Source: Octopus sinensis (lineage: Eukaryota). From it: DNA of 24,928 nucleotides. The notes beneath the pieces were generated by a model. The model made no database searches, was not told the origin of the DNA, and saw only the letters and a list, made by a program, of their open reading frames with translations. Below are positions 1 to 12,239 of the stretch, in pieces. The position numbers and the translations under genes were made by a program. Each line of letters begins with the position of its first letter. Within the stretch, counting starts at the first letter, position 1. The stretch is taken from assembly GCF_006345805.1 (NCBI RefSeq), contig NW_021836261.1, positions 1-24,928 of the forward strand, read 5' to 3'.

Positions 1-19
1 ATAGCTAATCACGCACATA

Positions 20-135
20 TCTATATTCATCTATATATATATATAAATACACATACATGCATATTTCACAGACGCATACACACACACACACACATACATA
101 TATACATATATTATATATAATATTATATTATATAT

Positions 136-168
<33 letters not shown>

Positions 169-295
169 CTACACACACACCCTCACATACATATATATAT
201 AAATATATATATATACATATATATATATGTATATACACATACATATAAAATATATGTATATACATATAAATATGCAATATATACATAAATATATT

Positions 296-327
<32 letters not shown>

Positions 328-350
328 TGAGTATGTATGTATGTATATGG
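20..350. repeat. Compound (TA)n/(CA)n/(TATG)n microsatellite
   Basis: Directly visible; explains the YIYI-type ORFs at 128-460. Confidence 0.95.
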
Positions 351-777
351 GAACATACAAGTGCGCATATATCTATATGGATATGAAATATTTTATGCGA
401 CAATTAGAAAAGATGTTGATAGCGTCTGCGGAATCGATTGATGGAGATGAAAGCCTATGATAGAATGATACTCAACTATGGGAAAATGGAGCTAAAAAGA
501 TATTTGAGAATTTAATATGATGTAGAAAATGTCAACTACATTCCCTCCTAGGAAATTTCTTACAGCGGAAGTGAATTTTCGCTTCTCTTGTTTAGCCTCA
601 GGTCATGCCTGATCAATCAGATTTCTGATCAAAGATATATCACCCTTAGCCGTGCGTTTCCTGTAGTATCCACGCAAAATATTGAGATGATATTAACTAA
701 TGCCCTCACCCACATTTTAAGAAGGTCGAGATAAATTTTTTCTTGAATATTTGGATTTCTCGTATTGTATTTGTAAA

Positions 778-1045
778 GGAGCATGACTCAGTGGTTAGTA
801 GCGTTGAGCTCACAACCATGAGGTAATATGTTCGATTCCCCGACTGGGCTGTGTGTTGTGTGCTTGAGCAAAACTCTATCGGCCTTTAGTATTATATTTA
901 GGCATAATATATCGGCAAAGGCCGCTAGAGCTTGGCATTAAGATGGGGGACTGGTATGCATGGGTGACTGTTGGTCTCCGGTAAACAATCTTTACCCCAC
1001 TCGTGCACCAGGTGGGAAATTTTAAGGTGCAATCATGACCGAATG
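778..1045 (+). mobile_element. Old tRNA-derived SINE (head A, tail X), internally deleted
   Basis: A-box-like TGACTCAGTGG and B-box-like GTTCGATTCC. Head and tail (CTGGTATGCATGGG, GGTGCAATC) align to the reverse complement of the 17504-17831 copy, with the central CORE/V-like part missing. Confidence 0.8.
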
Positions 1046-2797
1046 CAGGTTTTAGTATTCTGTTTAGACATAATATATCTGAAATGATTATTCCATCTAT
1101 TTGAGTTGAAGGTGATTTAACTGGCAGAAAGAGCCGCTCAAGTGAAGACGTAGATATCCTTCACTACTTGAGATCAATCTCTTGCGTTTTAAGATGAATT
1201 ATTACATTCGAAGATGACTTATTACACATCATATGAAGTAAAAGTAATTTATTGACGGCGCTGTTAATGATGTCAGAGCTGATCTACATCTGCGAACGAA
1301 TACGACTGAGAAACATGTTCCATGCTTTCGCCAACTGTTTCAGTTGCCTATGTAGTCATAAGCAGACAAAGACACCCGGGTTGATTCTCCAATACTTTGA
1401 TCCAGTATTATATTGAATTTGTGACAGCTAGAGCGAGATAGCGGTGTAGCCGTCCTAGGTTGGCAGTCATGTTCAGATGAGTTCATGAGTTGAAACATTG
1501 ACGTTAAGACCATGAACCAGGGATCAGAATCGCTAGGTTACACGCATTCATCTCTTAACTCGAGTTAGTAATTAAAACAATACTCAAGTGAGTTTCTTTC
1601 GTCTTACAGGGATTTCGAAATGCACCTTCCTTTGTCGTGCTTAATACATCGACAGCTCTGTCGAGATGTGATCTAACAAGTGAGAACACTGTTACTTAGT
1701 CTTTCAAACTGCTAATATGGCAGCCTAGTTTCCTTCGAATACCACATTACTACTTTTTAAAATAAAACAACTTATGATACATAATGTAATGGTTTTGTGT
1801 TGTTGTTTTTTCAAGAACTCGCGATAAAAGATGTAACAGCTGATATATAGCAAGCAGGTTCTCTTGGGATTCAAGAAAACAAAACGCGATATTTTACAGA
1901 AGATTCTCAGGACACGTTGTGTGACAGAACACTCCGCATTTAATAAAACATGACCATTAAAGGCGGTTGATATTGGTATTTTCAAATTTTGAAGGCGATA
2001 AGTTTGTGACGCTTCATAGTGCAGTAGTTGTAAATGTTCTTTTGCAAAGTGCAGTTAAATGCTTTGCTGAAGGTCGCTGAAAATCCCGCTTTGTCCGGAA
2101 ATCATACATAAGACATCACGATCATGAATTAAAAAAATCTTATAACAAAGCCACATACGTTCACATCCAGCCAATAAATCTGGGGGAATAGAAGGAACTG
2201 TTTACATCTGACTAACACAAAATGCATTCAAGAACAGAATATACCAACTTATAGTCTTTTTGAAATCCCGACACAATGTGTATAGTGCATCGCTTCTAAC
2301 GAAAAAATCAAAGGTGAGTGCTCCCATGCCATAGAGTGTATAATGTCAGAACTACTACAACAAGAACCAGTTCAAAACAGTTCTGAATATACAGTCAGAT
2401 TGTATATTCCTTTTATCTGTTGTTTCAAGGCAGTAGGTCAAACGCCTGTGAAGCCATATATCAAATGGCAAAATGATATTTCTAACTTTTGATTACCAAC
2501 CTACTTCCTGAACTCTGCTGCAGTTCGGAGATTCCAAATTCTTCCTTCATACAATCGAGAATCTGTGTTACAGAAATACATCTACGTAACACATAAATAC
2601 ACATACAAACACACAAATACTCACACACATACACGCGACCAACGCACACATAAACACACACATATCTACATATATGTTATAGGCATGTATTTGTATAATA
2701 TAAAGTTAAATATATGTGTGTGTGGTTGTATAAAAAGCATGCACGTTTATATATATGTATGTATTTGTGTGTGGTGTGTGTGTGTGTGTGTGTGTGT

Positions 2798-2975
2798 GCG
2801 GTGCTGAATATAGAAGTATCGGTTAATAATGATTCTATTGAAAATATTCTCCTCACAGATTCACACAATTATTGCAGTAGTCCTTCAGCCCAATTAAAGA
2901 ACTCGGAAGTTTGGTTCTCCAGCCAGGCCTTTCGCGACACCCTTAAAGCCAGGAACTTTTTAGCACCCGCTTCTA
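2798..2975 (-). mobile_element. Mariner-derived MITE-like element
   Basis: The minus strand reads a decayed mariner C-terminus (SEFF...KDYCNNCVNL*GEYFQ*). There is a TIR-like end AAAGCCAGGAACTTTTTAGCACCCGC at 2945-2970 and a truncated inverted remnant GCGGTGCTGAA near 2798-2808. Confidence 0.65.
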
Positions 2976-2981
2976 TGTGTA

Positions 2982-3016
<35 letters not shown>

Positions 3017-3019
<3 letters not shown>

Positions 3020-3253
3020 AAAGGAAAGCGTTTCCCAGATGATGCAGCCTTGATTTCTGAAGTCACGTTCAGGTTGGAGGACCAAGCTGGGTTCTTCTAC
3101 AAAAACGGTTTCCAGAGCCGCATCAAACGATGGGAGAAATGCGTAACTCTGGGTGGTTCCTATGTAGAAAAAGACTAATAACTGTGCCAAGTTTCGTTGC
3201 TCTACTGCTATGGGAAGTGGGTCAGGGGCATTACTTATTGAACGCCCCTCGTA
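3017..3253 (+). mobile_element. Mariner transposon 3' fragment (transposase C-terminus and right TIR; irritans-like TIR)
   Basis: 3017-3178 encodes RKGKRFPDDAALISEVTFRLEDQAGFFYKNGFQSRIKRWEKCVTLGGSYVEKD*, a typical mariner C-terminus. The right end ...TTACTTATTGAACGCCCCTCG is followed by TA (reverse complement TACGAGGGGCGTTCAATAAGTAA, resembling Hsmar2/Bytmar1-type TIRs). Confidence 0.9.
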
Positions 3254-3428
3254 TATACATACAAATATGGGTGTGCCTATGTGTGTGCGTGTGTGTGTGC
3301 ATATATACATATATATATATATACGTATGAATGAGTAGAAATTTCGGGCCAGTGGTTTCATGTGCTCAAGCATATTTGTCATGGCTTATATATCAGGAAA
3401 AACTTCATAAATTCGAGATCGTTTCCAT

Positions 3429-3444
3429 GATAATCACTTTCATC

Positions 3445-3494
<50 letters not shown>

Positions 3495-3535
3495 CACCAT
3501 CATCACCATCTTCACCATCATCATCGTCGTCGTCA
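3429..3535. repeat. (CAT)n/(CAC) trinucleotide microsatellite
   Basis: Directly visible. Confidence 0.95.
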
Positions 3536-3829
3536 ACGTCTTTTAATCTCATCCGCAAAGATGTCTCACCAGTTTATGTACATTTTCTATAAAACTTTCT
3601 GATACGTTTAATGAACGTTATAAAAATCGAATTTCTTCTTCAAGACTTCCAGTTCTACATCGTTCCATTCCCCCACCTCTCTCTTTCTTTCTCCCTCACT
3701 CATTCTTTCTCTATCTCTATCTCGATATATTTATTCATTTATTTATTTATTTATTCAATCATTTATTTAACTAGTTATATTCTTCATACCGGGTATCTAA
3801 GGTTTCGCTCATTTCTTTCTTTTCCATGT

Positions 3830-3858
3830 ATATATATATACTGACACATCTATCTGTC

Positions 3859-3889
<31 letters not shown>

Positions 3890-3932
3890 CTCTCTATCTC
3901 TTTGTATCTATCTGTCTGTCTGTCGATCTATC

Positions 3933-3964
<32 letters not shown>

Positions 3965-4078
3965 ATATATAATATATATATTACCCTCTATCTATTTACT
4001 TATCTATCAGTCTATCTATATATCTCTATATATATATCCGTCTATCTATTTACCTATCTATCTATCTTTCTATCTATA

Positions 4079-4112
<34 letters not shown>

Positions 4113-4310
4113 ACTATCTAGCTGTCTTTCTGTCTGTCTGTTTATCTATCTATTTATTCATCATATATATAATATATATATTAATATATTATATATATAT
4201 ATATATATATCCGTCTATCTACTTACCTATTTATCTATCTATCTCTTATCTGTCTATCTATCTATATATATCTATCTCTCACTACATATATATATTATAT
4301 ATATATCAAT
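3830..4310. repeat. Compound (TCTA)n/(TA)n microsatellite
   Basis: Directly visible; source of the LSIYLSIY ORFs. Confidence 0.95.
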
Positions 4311-4774
4311 GTGTGTGGGGGCTTATTGCATTTTTACTTTGCTTTTCACCGTTAAACTCTTTAAGATTTTTGCTCACGTTTCGTTTGAGTTGTTCCGTTT
4401 ACTTTTTGTTTCTTTTAATGTAAAATTTTATTTATTTTATTTATATATATTTATTTATCTATTTATTCTTTCTTTCCTCTGTATTTCTTGATGGGGTGGT
4501 GTCTAAAATTGGTATTACTCTAAGGTTGTTGGGTGAGTGAAAGACACGTGGCACTTCATTCTTTAACAGACCAAAACCTACATCCAGACTGGCATTGCAT
4601 TAGCATTCAGCACTGGTAGTTATAGATTAAACATTGATGCCAGAAAAACAATGATATAAAGAAAAATATATATATAAATCAAAATAAGATGATACAAAAC
4701 AAACAAACAAAATGATGGAGCCAGGAAAAAGAAACTTTACATTAGCTAGCAACAAACTGAAAAAAATATTATCA

Positions 4775-5045
4775 GTACTACTACTACTACTACCACCACC
4801 AGCACTACTACTACTACAACTACTACTACTATTACTACTACTACTATACTAAAACTACTTCCACCATCACCACCACCACCATCACTACTACTACGGCTGC
4901 TGCTGCTAATACTACTACTACTACAACTACTACTACCACTACTACTGTTATCAATAATATTGCCGATATCGTCATACTAATCGCAATGAACATCGTACCA
5001 GTATTGTTGTTGTTGTTGTTGTTATTATTATTATTATTATTATTA

Positions 5046-5081
<36 letters not shown>

Positions 5082-5206
5082 CTTGACCTCCATCAGCATA
5101 ATTGCCATAAACATAACCATCATCTTCATGCACAATATTATCATTGGTATTATTATTACCAGAACTAATAATATTGCTAATAATAATGATAGTTATAATA
5201 ATAATA

Positions 5207-5237
<31 letters not shown>

Positions 5238-5310
5238 TGATAAAAGTAATATTAATTGTAAAAATAATAAAGATAACAATAAAATTAATAACATTAATTT
5301 TAGTAATAAT

Positions 5311-5348
<38 letters not shown>

Positions 5349-5706
5349 TAATAATAATAACAATAATTTCAATAACGTAGGTCAAACTAGAAAATTCGAG
5401 TCATTAACCTCATTAGTTCAGCCATTAGGACAATTGTTGGAGTTGTTGTTGTTGCTATAGTCATTATTATTATTATTATTGTTGTTGTTGTTGTTGTTAG
5501 TATTATTATTATCTGTATCTTTAGTAATATTAGAATGGCTTTCCTCCTCTTCATCAATAGCATCGTCACCATCATCACCTTGATCTCCATAATCGTTATC
5601 TGTACTAACCATCAACATTATTATTTTTCTTAATTATTATTTTTATTACTACTGCTACTACTACTACTACAACTACTGCTGCTACTACTACTACTACTAT
5701 TATTAA

Positions 5707-5748
<42 letters not shown>

Positions 5749-5775
5749 CATTATCATAATCACCATTATCGTCAT
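4775..5775. repeat. Mosaic trinucleotide microsatellite field (TAC, CAC, TTG, TTA, AAT, CAT)
   Basis: Directly visible, with short unique spacers; source of the poly-I/N/L/Y ORFs. Confidence 0.95.
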
Positions 5776-6509
5776 TAGCTGCAGTGTTCATCCATTTAAC
5801 GTCTATTAATTATACATCCAGATAGGCTAATATTAGTCTGGCTACTAGTATTATTAGTAGCACTATTAGTATTAGTAATAATATTCGCGTGTGTATCGAA
5901 ATGGTGAAAAACTGTGTGTTCGAATATAAAATAAAATCAAATAAAAAAATATCGAAGAATAAACACACAAAACAGAAACTATAAAAAAAAACCCCAAAAA
6001 ACAACACGCTTTTATTTGACTGTGTTTTATTATGCATTAACGGTTACATGGAAAAAAAACGGGTGTGAAATGCAAATACAGGAGGAATAATTAGTCAAGT
6101 GGAAAGATAAACAGGTATTTTATACCAGGGTGTGTACACATCATATAGCACAGTTCTACTTTTTAGACTTGCGCATGCTTTTTACATTTGGACAGGGGCC
6201 ATTTTAAGTTTGGTCTGAGTGTGTGAGTGATTTCGAGTAACGAGAATACCAAAACCACCCATGTCTGTCTTCGCCGTTGACCTGTTTCTGTGTTTTTTGT
6301 GTCTTTATCTAAGTATGTATATATGTGGTTGTTTATGAATGTATTAAAGTATGGAAGTATGTTTGCGTCTATGTATATATATATTCATCTATGTGTGTAT
6401 ATGCGCAAATCTTTGCTTGTGTATACTGTGAGCGCTTACTTCCTCTCGTTTATTTGTTCATCATCTATATATATATCGGTCTCTGTCTAGTTATATATAG
6501 AAACACACA

Positions 6510-6516
6510 CATGTAT

Positions 6517-6579
<63 letters not shown>

Positions 6580-6769
6580 GTATGTATGTATGTATATGTA
6601 TATGTATATATATAAATATTGATGTATATGTTGATATAAGTAAGTATGTTTACATATATATAAACGTTTACACTTTAATGTATATATGTGTGTGTATGTA
6701 TGTATGTATTAATATATATATATATGTATGTATATATATATATATATATGAGTGTGTGTCTAGTTTGGT

Positions 6770-6826
<57 letters not shown>

Positions 6827-6828
6827 TG

Positions 6829-6872
<44 letters not shown>

Positions 6873-6900
6873 TATAGAAGAATATACATAAATATATAGT
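6510..6900. repeat. Compound (TA)n/(TATG)n/(GA)n/(GATA)n microsatellite
   Basis: Directly visible. Confidence 0.95.
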
Positions 6901-7341
6901 CACACATGACTAGCAGTCCCTCAATCTATTCATTCGTTCTTTATCGTATGTCTGTGCAAATATTTATCTGTTTATTTATTGATGCATCTCCATTTCTTCA
7001 GGTTTAGTTCAATGTCTAAAGGCATACACGCTTGGACACACACGTAGACATCTAACTGAGCGAAGTCTGAGGTAGAAGCGGAGCAGGCTGTGATTGTTTA
7101 TAATTTATAAGGACCAGGAGTTTCTTGAATCGTAAAAGTGTTATTCACAATACTTATTATTCAAACGATTAAAGCAGCGTGACAATATATAAGCAACAAT
7201 ATACACAAAAGCAATGAAATATGTTTATTCATCAAAGTTTTAATGGCGGATAAAACATAACGAAAGTAGGCCAAATATTTCTGTTTTCAATTGTCAGAGT
7301 CGAGATTCTGACTTTATTGAGTCCACAGGCGAGGAAAAATG

Positions 7342-7409
7342 TTATTTTCTACTCTAGGCACAAGGCGCGAAAATTTGAGGCTAAGTTTGTCGACCTCGAA
7401 AGGACGAAA
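7342..7409 (-). mobile_element. Short decayed fragment of the Meta/Sauria-domain-like SINE family
   Basis: TTTCTACTCTAGGCACAAGGCGCGAAAATTT matches the tail of the 23333 copy. TTTGTCGACCTCGAAAGGACGAAA matches TTTATCGACCCCGAAAGGATGAAA in the 12240 copies. Confidence 0.6.
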
Positions 7410-7465
7410 ATCGTTCATACGTGACATCCTTGCTACATTCACCAATCTTTTTTTGAAACATTCAC

Positions 7466-7678
<213 letters not shown>

Positions 7679-8649
7679 GTCTGAGATTGTAGGCACGCAG
7701 CAGAGAGTGTAAGCAAAACACCTGAAGAAATGTGTCTGAACATAGGGGAATCATTGACCACCCAGTAATGTCTACATTTGATGTTGCAGTATGTGTTCAT
7801 CGTTAATGGTATGTTTAGAAACCATTCAAACGATGCGTGAACGAAATAATTAACCTTGATCTCCAAGAATTCCAATTTTGGCACAAGCAGCCAATAAAGC
7901 TAGGTATTGGAGGTGTGATGTTACCCTTATGAAGGATTAGACGTAATGTTTAGGGGCAAATATCTGGTAAAACGCTTTATGATCTGGACGCTCACCAACT
8001 CATATGGTCTGGTGAGGTCTGAATGTTATGGTAATGTCTGGAGTCCTCCTTCGTCCATTTTTGGTAATTTCCTTCCTTCACATAAAAAGCTTCATTGACT
8101 TTAATTTATCTTGCCCTCCCCCCGGTATATTGTGAGAATGATGGCGTGGAACTCCTGGTTGCTCTAACGAAAAAAAAAATACAGTTTGTACTTGTCTAGC
8201 ATCTGTCTATTATTTCATCCGTAACGGCTGGATTCCTGTCAGTTCGACGCAGAATCTATCATTTCTCAATAGACTGAATTTTTTTTGTTCTGGAACTTCA
8301 ATCAGCTTGGCTATATTCCATACAGAGTTTCGCAAATAGATTTCTCCGATGTGGCCTTTCTATCTACGAGCGATGGCAGCTGTGTAGCCCTTAAATTACA
8401 GTGTTATTCTTATAAAAAAAGGTAAGAATACTCGAAGAAAGGTATTTTTAAATACCTTTCGAAAACTGCACAAATTCGTCTGAGTGTTGTTGTTCATACA
8501 AGTAACGTATGCTAGATGCCTTCTCATAACAATAAATATAATCTATCGCTCGATAATCATTGGACGACGGGATGGTCATATCTGGAATGCTATAATTTAT
8601 AGGTATCCCCAAAAATGAGAGACGCAATAATCTGCTCCAGAGTGATACT

Positions 8650-9000
8650 TTCTATCTTTTATCTATTACTTGTTTCACTCATTAGACTACGGCTATGCTA
8701 GGGTACCGTTCTTGAAGAATTTTCTAGAAGAGGTTTTTGAGTAGACCCCAGCATTTATTTGGTTTTTAAGCCGGTATTTATTCTGTCAGTTCCTTTTGCT
8801 GAACTGCTAATGTTGCAGGGACATAGACACGCAAATCCCGGTGGTCAAACTGTAGTGGATACACACACACACACACACACAGATATATATATATACGACG
8901 GGATTCTTTCAGTTTCCGTCTATCAAATCCTCTTACAAGGCTTTGGTCGGGCCACGGATATAGTAGGAGACACTTCCCCAAGATGCCACGCAATCGGACC
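8650..9000 (-). mobile_element. CORE-like SINE, 5'-truncated, with internal (CA)n(TA)n tract
   Basis: The reverse complement contains GTGGCATCTTGGGGAAGTGTCTCCTACTAT (CORE-like). 8893-9000 is homologous to the + strand copy at 16790-16909. An internal microsatellite lies at about 8870-8895. Confidence 0.75.
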
Positions 9001-9052
9001 GTCATATAAGTGGCAAAAGATTTATCAGGTTTAGCATTTCGAGAAAACCTTT

Positions 9053-9124
9053 AAACGATAGGATGGTCAAGGTAGGCGCGTCGTAGATTAAATGTCTACT
9101 GAAACAAGGGTGACCAGGGGCTAA
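9053..9124 (+). mobile_element. Probable decayed retroposon 3'-tail fragment
   Basis: Partial similarity to 8568-8592 (GGATGGTCA) and 21505-21541 (CAGGGCTAACTAGGAACTAAGCATCAACAACAA). Highly diverged, and assignment relies partly on recollection. Confidence 0.35.
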
Positions 9125-9354
9125 TTTCAATGATCTCTTTTGCAATGTTCTAGAGATCTGTGTTTCAAACTGCAATAAAATAACATGACTGAAGACAATA
9201 TATGCGCAACAGGATCCGGGACACATATATACATACACACATAAATATATGTATGTGTAGATATACATACATACATATATATATATTTACATTTATATAT
9301 ACAGATATATGTGTATCTATGTGAGTGTGTGTATATATATATATACACACACAC

Positions 9355-9541
9355 ATTCAAAATGTGACCGCGTGTGTACTGTTGGCGATTTTTTCCCTCT
9401 GTCTTCCCTTCTCTGGATTTTACCTTCTCCTATGTTTCCGACGAAGAGCTCCGCTCGAAACGTTAAACTCTCCTTCTTGTTCAATAATACTATATTTGTT
9501 CCACGTCCTCGCGTTTGGATTAACTCATGTTTGGATTAACT
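9355..9541 (+). mobile_element. ~190-bp hammerhead-bearing element, copy 1 (Penelope pseudo-LTR / retrozyme-like)
   Basis: Homologous end-to-end to 19450-19651. It starts ATTCAAAATGTGACCG and ends GGATTAAC followed by (TA)n, with a local duplication of TTTGGATTAACT at the 3' end. Confidence 0.75.
9434..9468 (+). ncRNA. Minimal type I hammerhead ribozyme motif, core variant CCGACGA (likely impaired)
   Basis: GUUU-CCGACGA-A-GAGC-UCC-GCUC-GAAA-CG-UU-AAAC. Stem I is GUUU/AAAC and stem II is 4 bp. U4 of the core is replaced by C. Confidence 0.6.
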
Positions 9542-9899
9542 ATATATATAATATATATATATATATTATATATATATATATAATATATATATATACATAT
9601 GTGTCTGTGTATGTGTGTAATCAATTAACGACAAGCTGTAACGAATCCATGATTATCAGAATCAGCAAATCCCGTGACCTACTTTCTACTTTCAGTGTGT
9701 CGTTCGAAACCCTATTTTCCTATTATTTCGACAGTCAGAGGTTATTCCTGAATTAGTTCGCTTTTATCTTTTAATTGTTTAACCATTGCCATTCTCCAAT
9801 ATTGAGTATTATATACCCATTGTTGTCTGCGTAAAAGTATATCACAACTATATACAAACATACACACGCGCGTATGCATATATATACGTATAGATGGTT

Positions 9900-9930
9900 T
9901 TCCATTATATTGCTAACGAAATACTTGGCA

Positions 9931-9977
<47 letters not shown>

Positions 9978-10000
9978 ATATATACTTATATATATATACG

Positions 10001-10036
<36 letters not shown>

Positions 10037-10146
10037 ATATAATATATATATATATACGTATATATATATACGTATTTATATATATATACGTATTTATATA
10101 TATATACATATTATATTATATACATATATATACATATATATATATA

Positions 10147-10177
<31 letters not shown>

Positions 10178-10281
10178 ATATATATATATATATAATATAT
10201 ATATATATATGAATATATATATATGTATATATTATATATATATATATTATATATATATATATTATATATATATACATATAT

Positions 10282-10316
<35 letters not shown>

Positions 10317-10375
10317 CATGCATATATATATATATATATATAATATATATATATATATATGTATATATGTTTATG
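9900..10375. repeat. Long interrupted (TA)n microsatellite
   Basis: Directly visible. Confidence 0.97.
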
Positions 10376-10564
10376 TACTTACATATACACTCCTATAGAA
10401 ATCAAAGCAATACCGTGCACAGAGCTAGATTCTATATACAGCTGAAAATCCTTGAAACAGGTTCGTTCTCGACATAAACAAACAAATGCTTACTTCAGTT
10501 GTTGATCAGCAGAATAGGAAATTAACTGCGTTCAACAATGGCCGGAAGTGTTTCTTCGCCATAT

Positions 10565-10858
10565 CAATAACAACAGGAATAACAAGAGTAATGATAACAA
10601 TAACGACCAACAACAGAAGCGGTAACGGTAATAGTGGCGAATAATAACAATAATAATAATAATAATAATAATAAAATAATAATAATAGTAATAGTAATAA
10701 TAATAATAATAATAATAGTAATAGTAATAATAATAATAATAATAATAACAATAATAACAATAGTAATAATAATAATAATAGCAATAATAATAATAATAAT
10801 AATAATAATAGTAATAGTAATAATAATAATAATAATAACAATAGTAATACTAATAATA

Positions 10859-10889
<31 letters not shown>

Positions 10890-10894
10890 TAGTA

Positions 10895-10939
<45 letters not shown>

Positions 10940-11022
10940 GTGACAACAATAACAGAAATGATAATAATAATAATAATGATAATAATGTTAATAATAATAA
11001 TAATAGTAATAACAACAACAAC
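10565..11022. repeat. (AAT)n/(AGT/AAC) trinucleotide microsatellite
   Basis: Directly visible. Confidence 0.97.
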
Positions 11023-11237
11023 GGTGAGGTCGTTTGAAAAGATCAATTGTTTAAACTAGAAGCTTGAATGGATGTATTGCACATTGGCAAACTTTTGATC
11101 TTTGCGCACTGTTATAGATGTGTCCTGCTATTAAGTCTCAATTGTATATAAGCTAGCTTGATATTGCCGGGAATGTTTGCTGCAATCACCTAATGTTGTA
11201 TTTTATTATATAAAACATATTAATAACAAAAGACGGT

Positions 11238-11301
11238 AGCAGCAGCAGCAGCAGAAGCAGAAGCAGTAATAATAATGATGATGATAATAATAATAATAAT
11301 A

Positions 11302-11350
<49 letters not shown>

Positions 11351-11630
11351 TGATGATGATGGCTATGATGGTGATGTTGTTCTTGGTGATGGTGGTGGTG
11401 GTAGTGATGATGATGATACTTTCATTTGTCGTCGTGCGATGGTCTGCGTGGTGGATGGTTTCGGAAAGAAGAATTGTAAACCTGAGGATGGATTACATCT
11501 AGTGGATACCAAATTATTATCAGTGATGATGATGACGATGACGGTAATAATTATAATAATAACAACAACAATAATAATACTAATATTGATAATGATCATG
11601 ATCGTCATCTTGATGGTGTTTCAATTATCA
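11238..11630. repeat. (GCA)n/(AAT)n/(GAT)n/(GGT)n mosaic microsatellites with a unique spacer
   Basis: Directly visible. Confidence 0.9.
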
Positions 11631-12239
11631 TGATGAGGAGAAGGATAACGTGTTTTCTTTCGCCTTGTGTCGGGTGGGGTGTTACATAAAAAGACGAAGC
11701 AAATAACTCTTTGGACATGGAAATAACATCTATACATGGTGTACAGAATGTGTGACCCCATAAATGACGAATCCTCGAGATACTGAAGATCCGTTTAAAC
11801 TAGGGTTTATTAGGAATCCCACGGAACCTATCCACGAAAAGCACAACCCCTCACCCAACTTTCTCCAACCTACGGGGCCCATCCGAAGAATAGGATCATT
11901 CGCCTTAACCATTTTTCTCACTGTCACCCACCCTTTGCCAGAATTGCTGGGGTAGATCTCTTCGCACTCACATTCTTTTCCATGGGAACTTAAAACGGTC
12001 GATGAGGTCTTCATCGGAGAGGAAGGTGCCTTACTCTCTCTCTCTCTCTCTCTCTTTTAATGTCTTTCAGCCTTTCGCTTTATGCTTTTGCTTGATAAGA
12101 GTGGGGTCATCCTAGGTTAGTGTTCCAGAAACATGAACGTGCATAGAGCCGACCAAATCCATCGGTGGCGGACCTGTTTTAGTTCCTCTCCACCACGCAA
12201 CATTCTTTATTCAAAATGTCCGGCCAAATTATTCTACCT

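Noticed and set aside
2714-3178. 154-aa ORF as an intact gene
   Set aside because: It is a chance read-through of microsatellite, antisense MITE, (TA)n and a mariner C-terminus.
3905-4270. Higher-order repetition inside the TCTA/TA field (TATATCCGTCTATCTA at about 4033 and 4207)
   Set aside because: Adequately explained by slippage within a compound microsatellite.
7718-7745. CTGAAGA motif (also 9189, 11482, 11783) as further hammerheads
   Set aside because: None is followed by a hairpin plus GAAA with a compatible stem I.
11990-12020. Minus-strand CCGATGAAGACC resembling a hammerhead core
   Set aside because: No stem II closure and no GAAA box follow.
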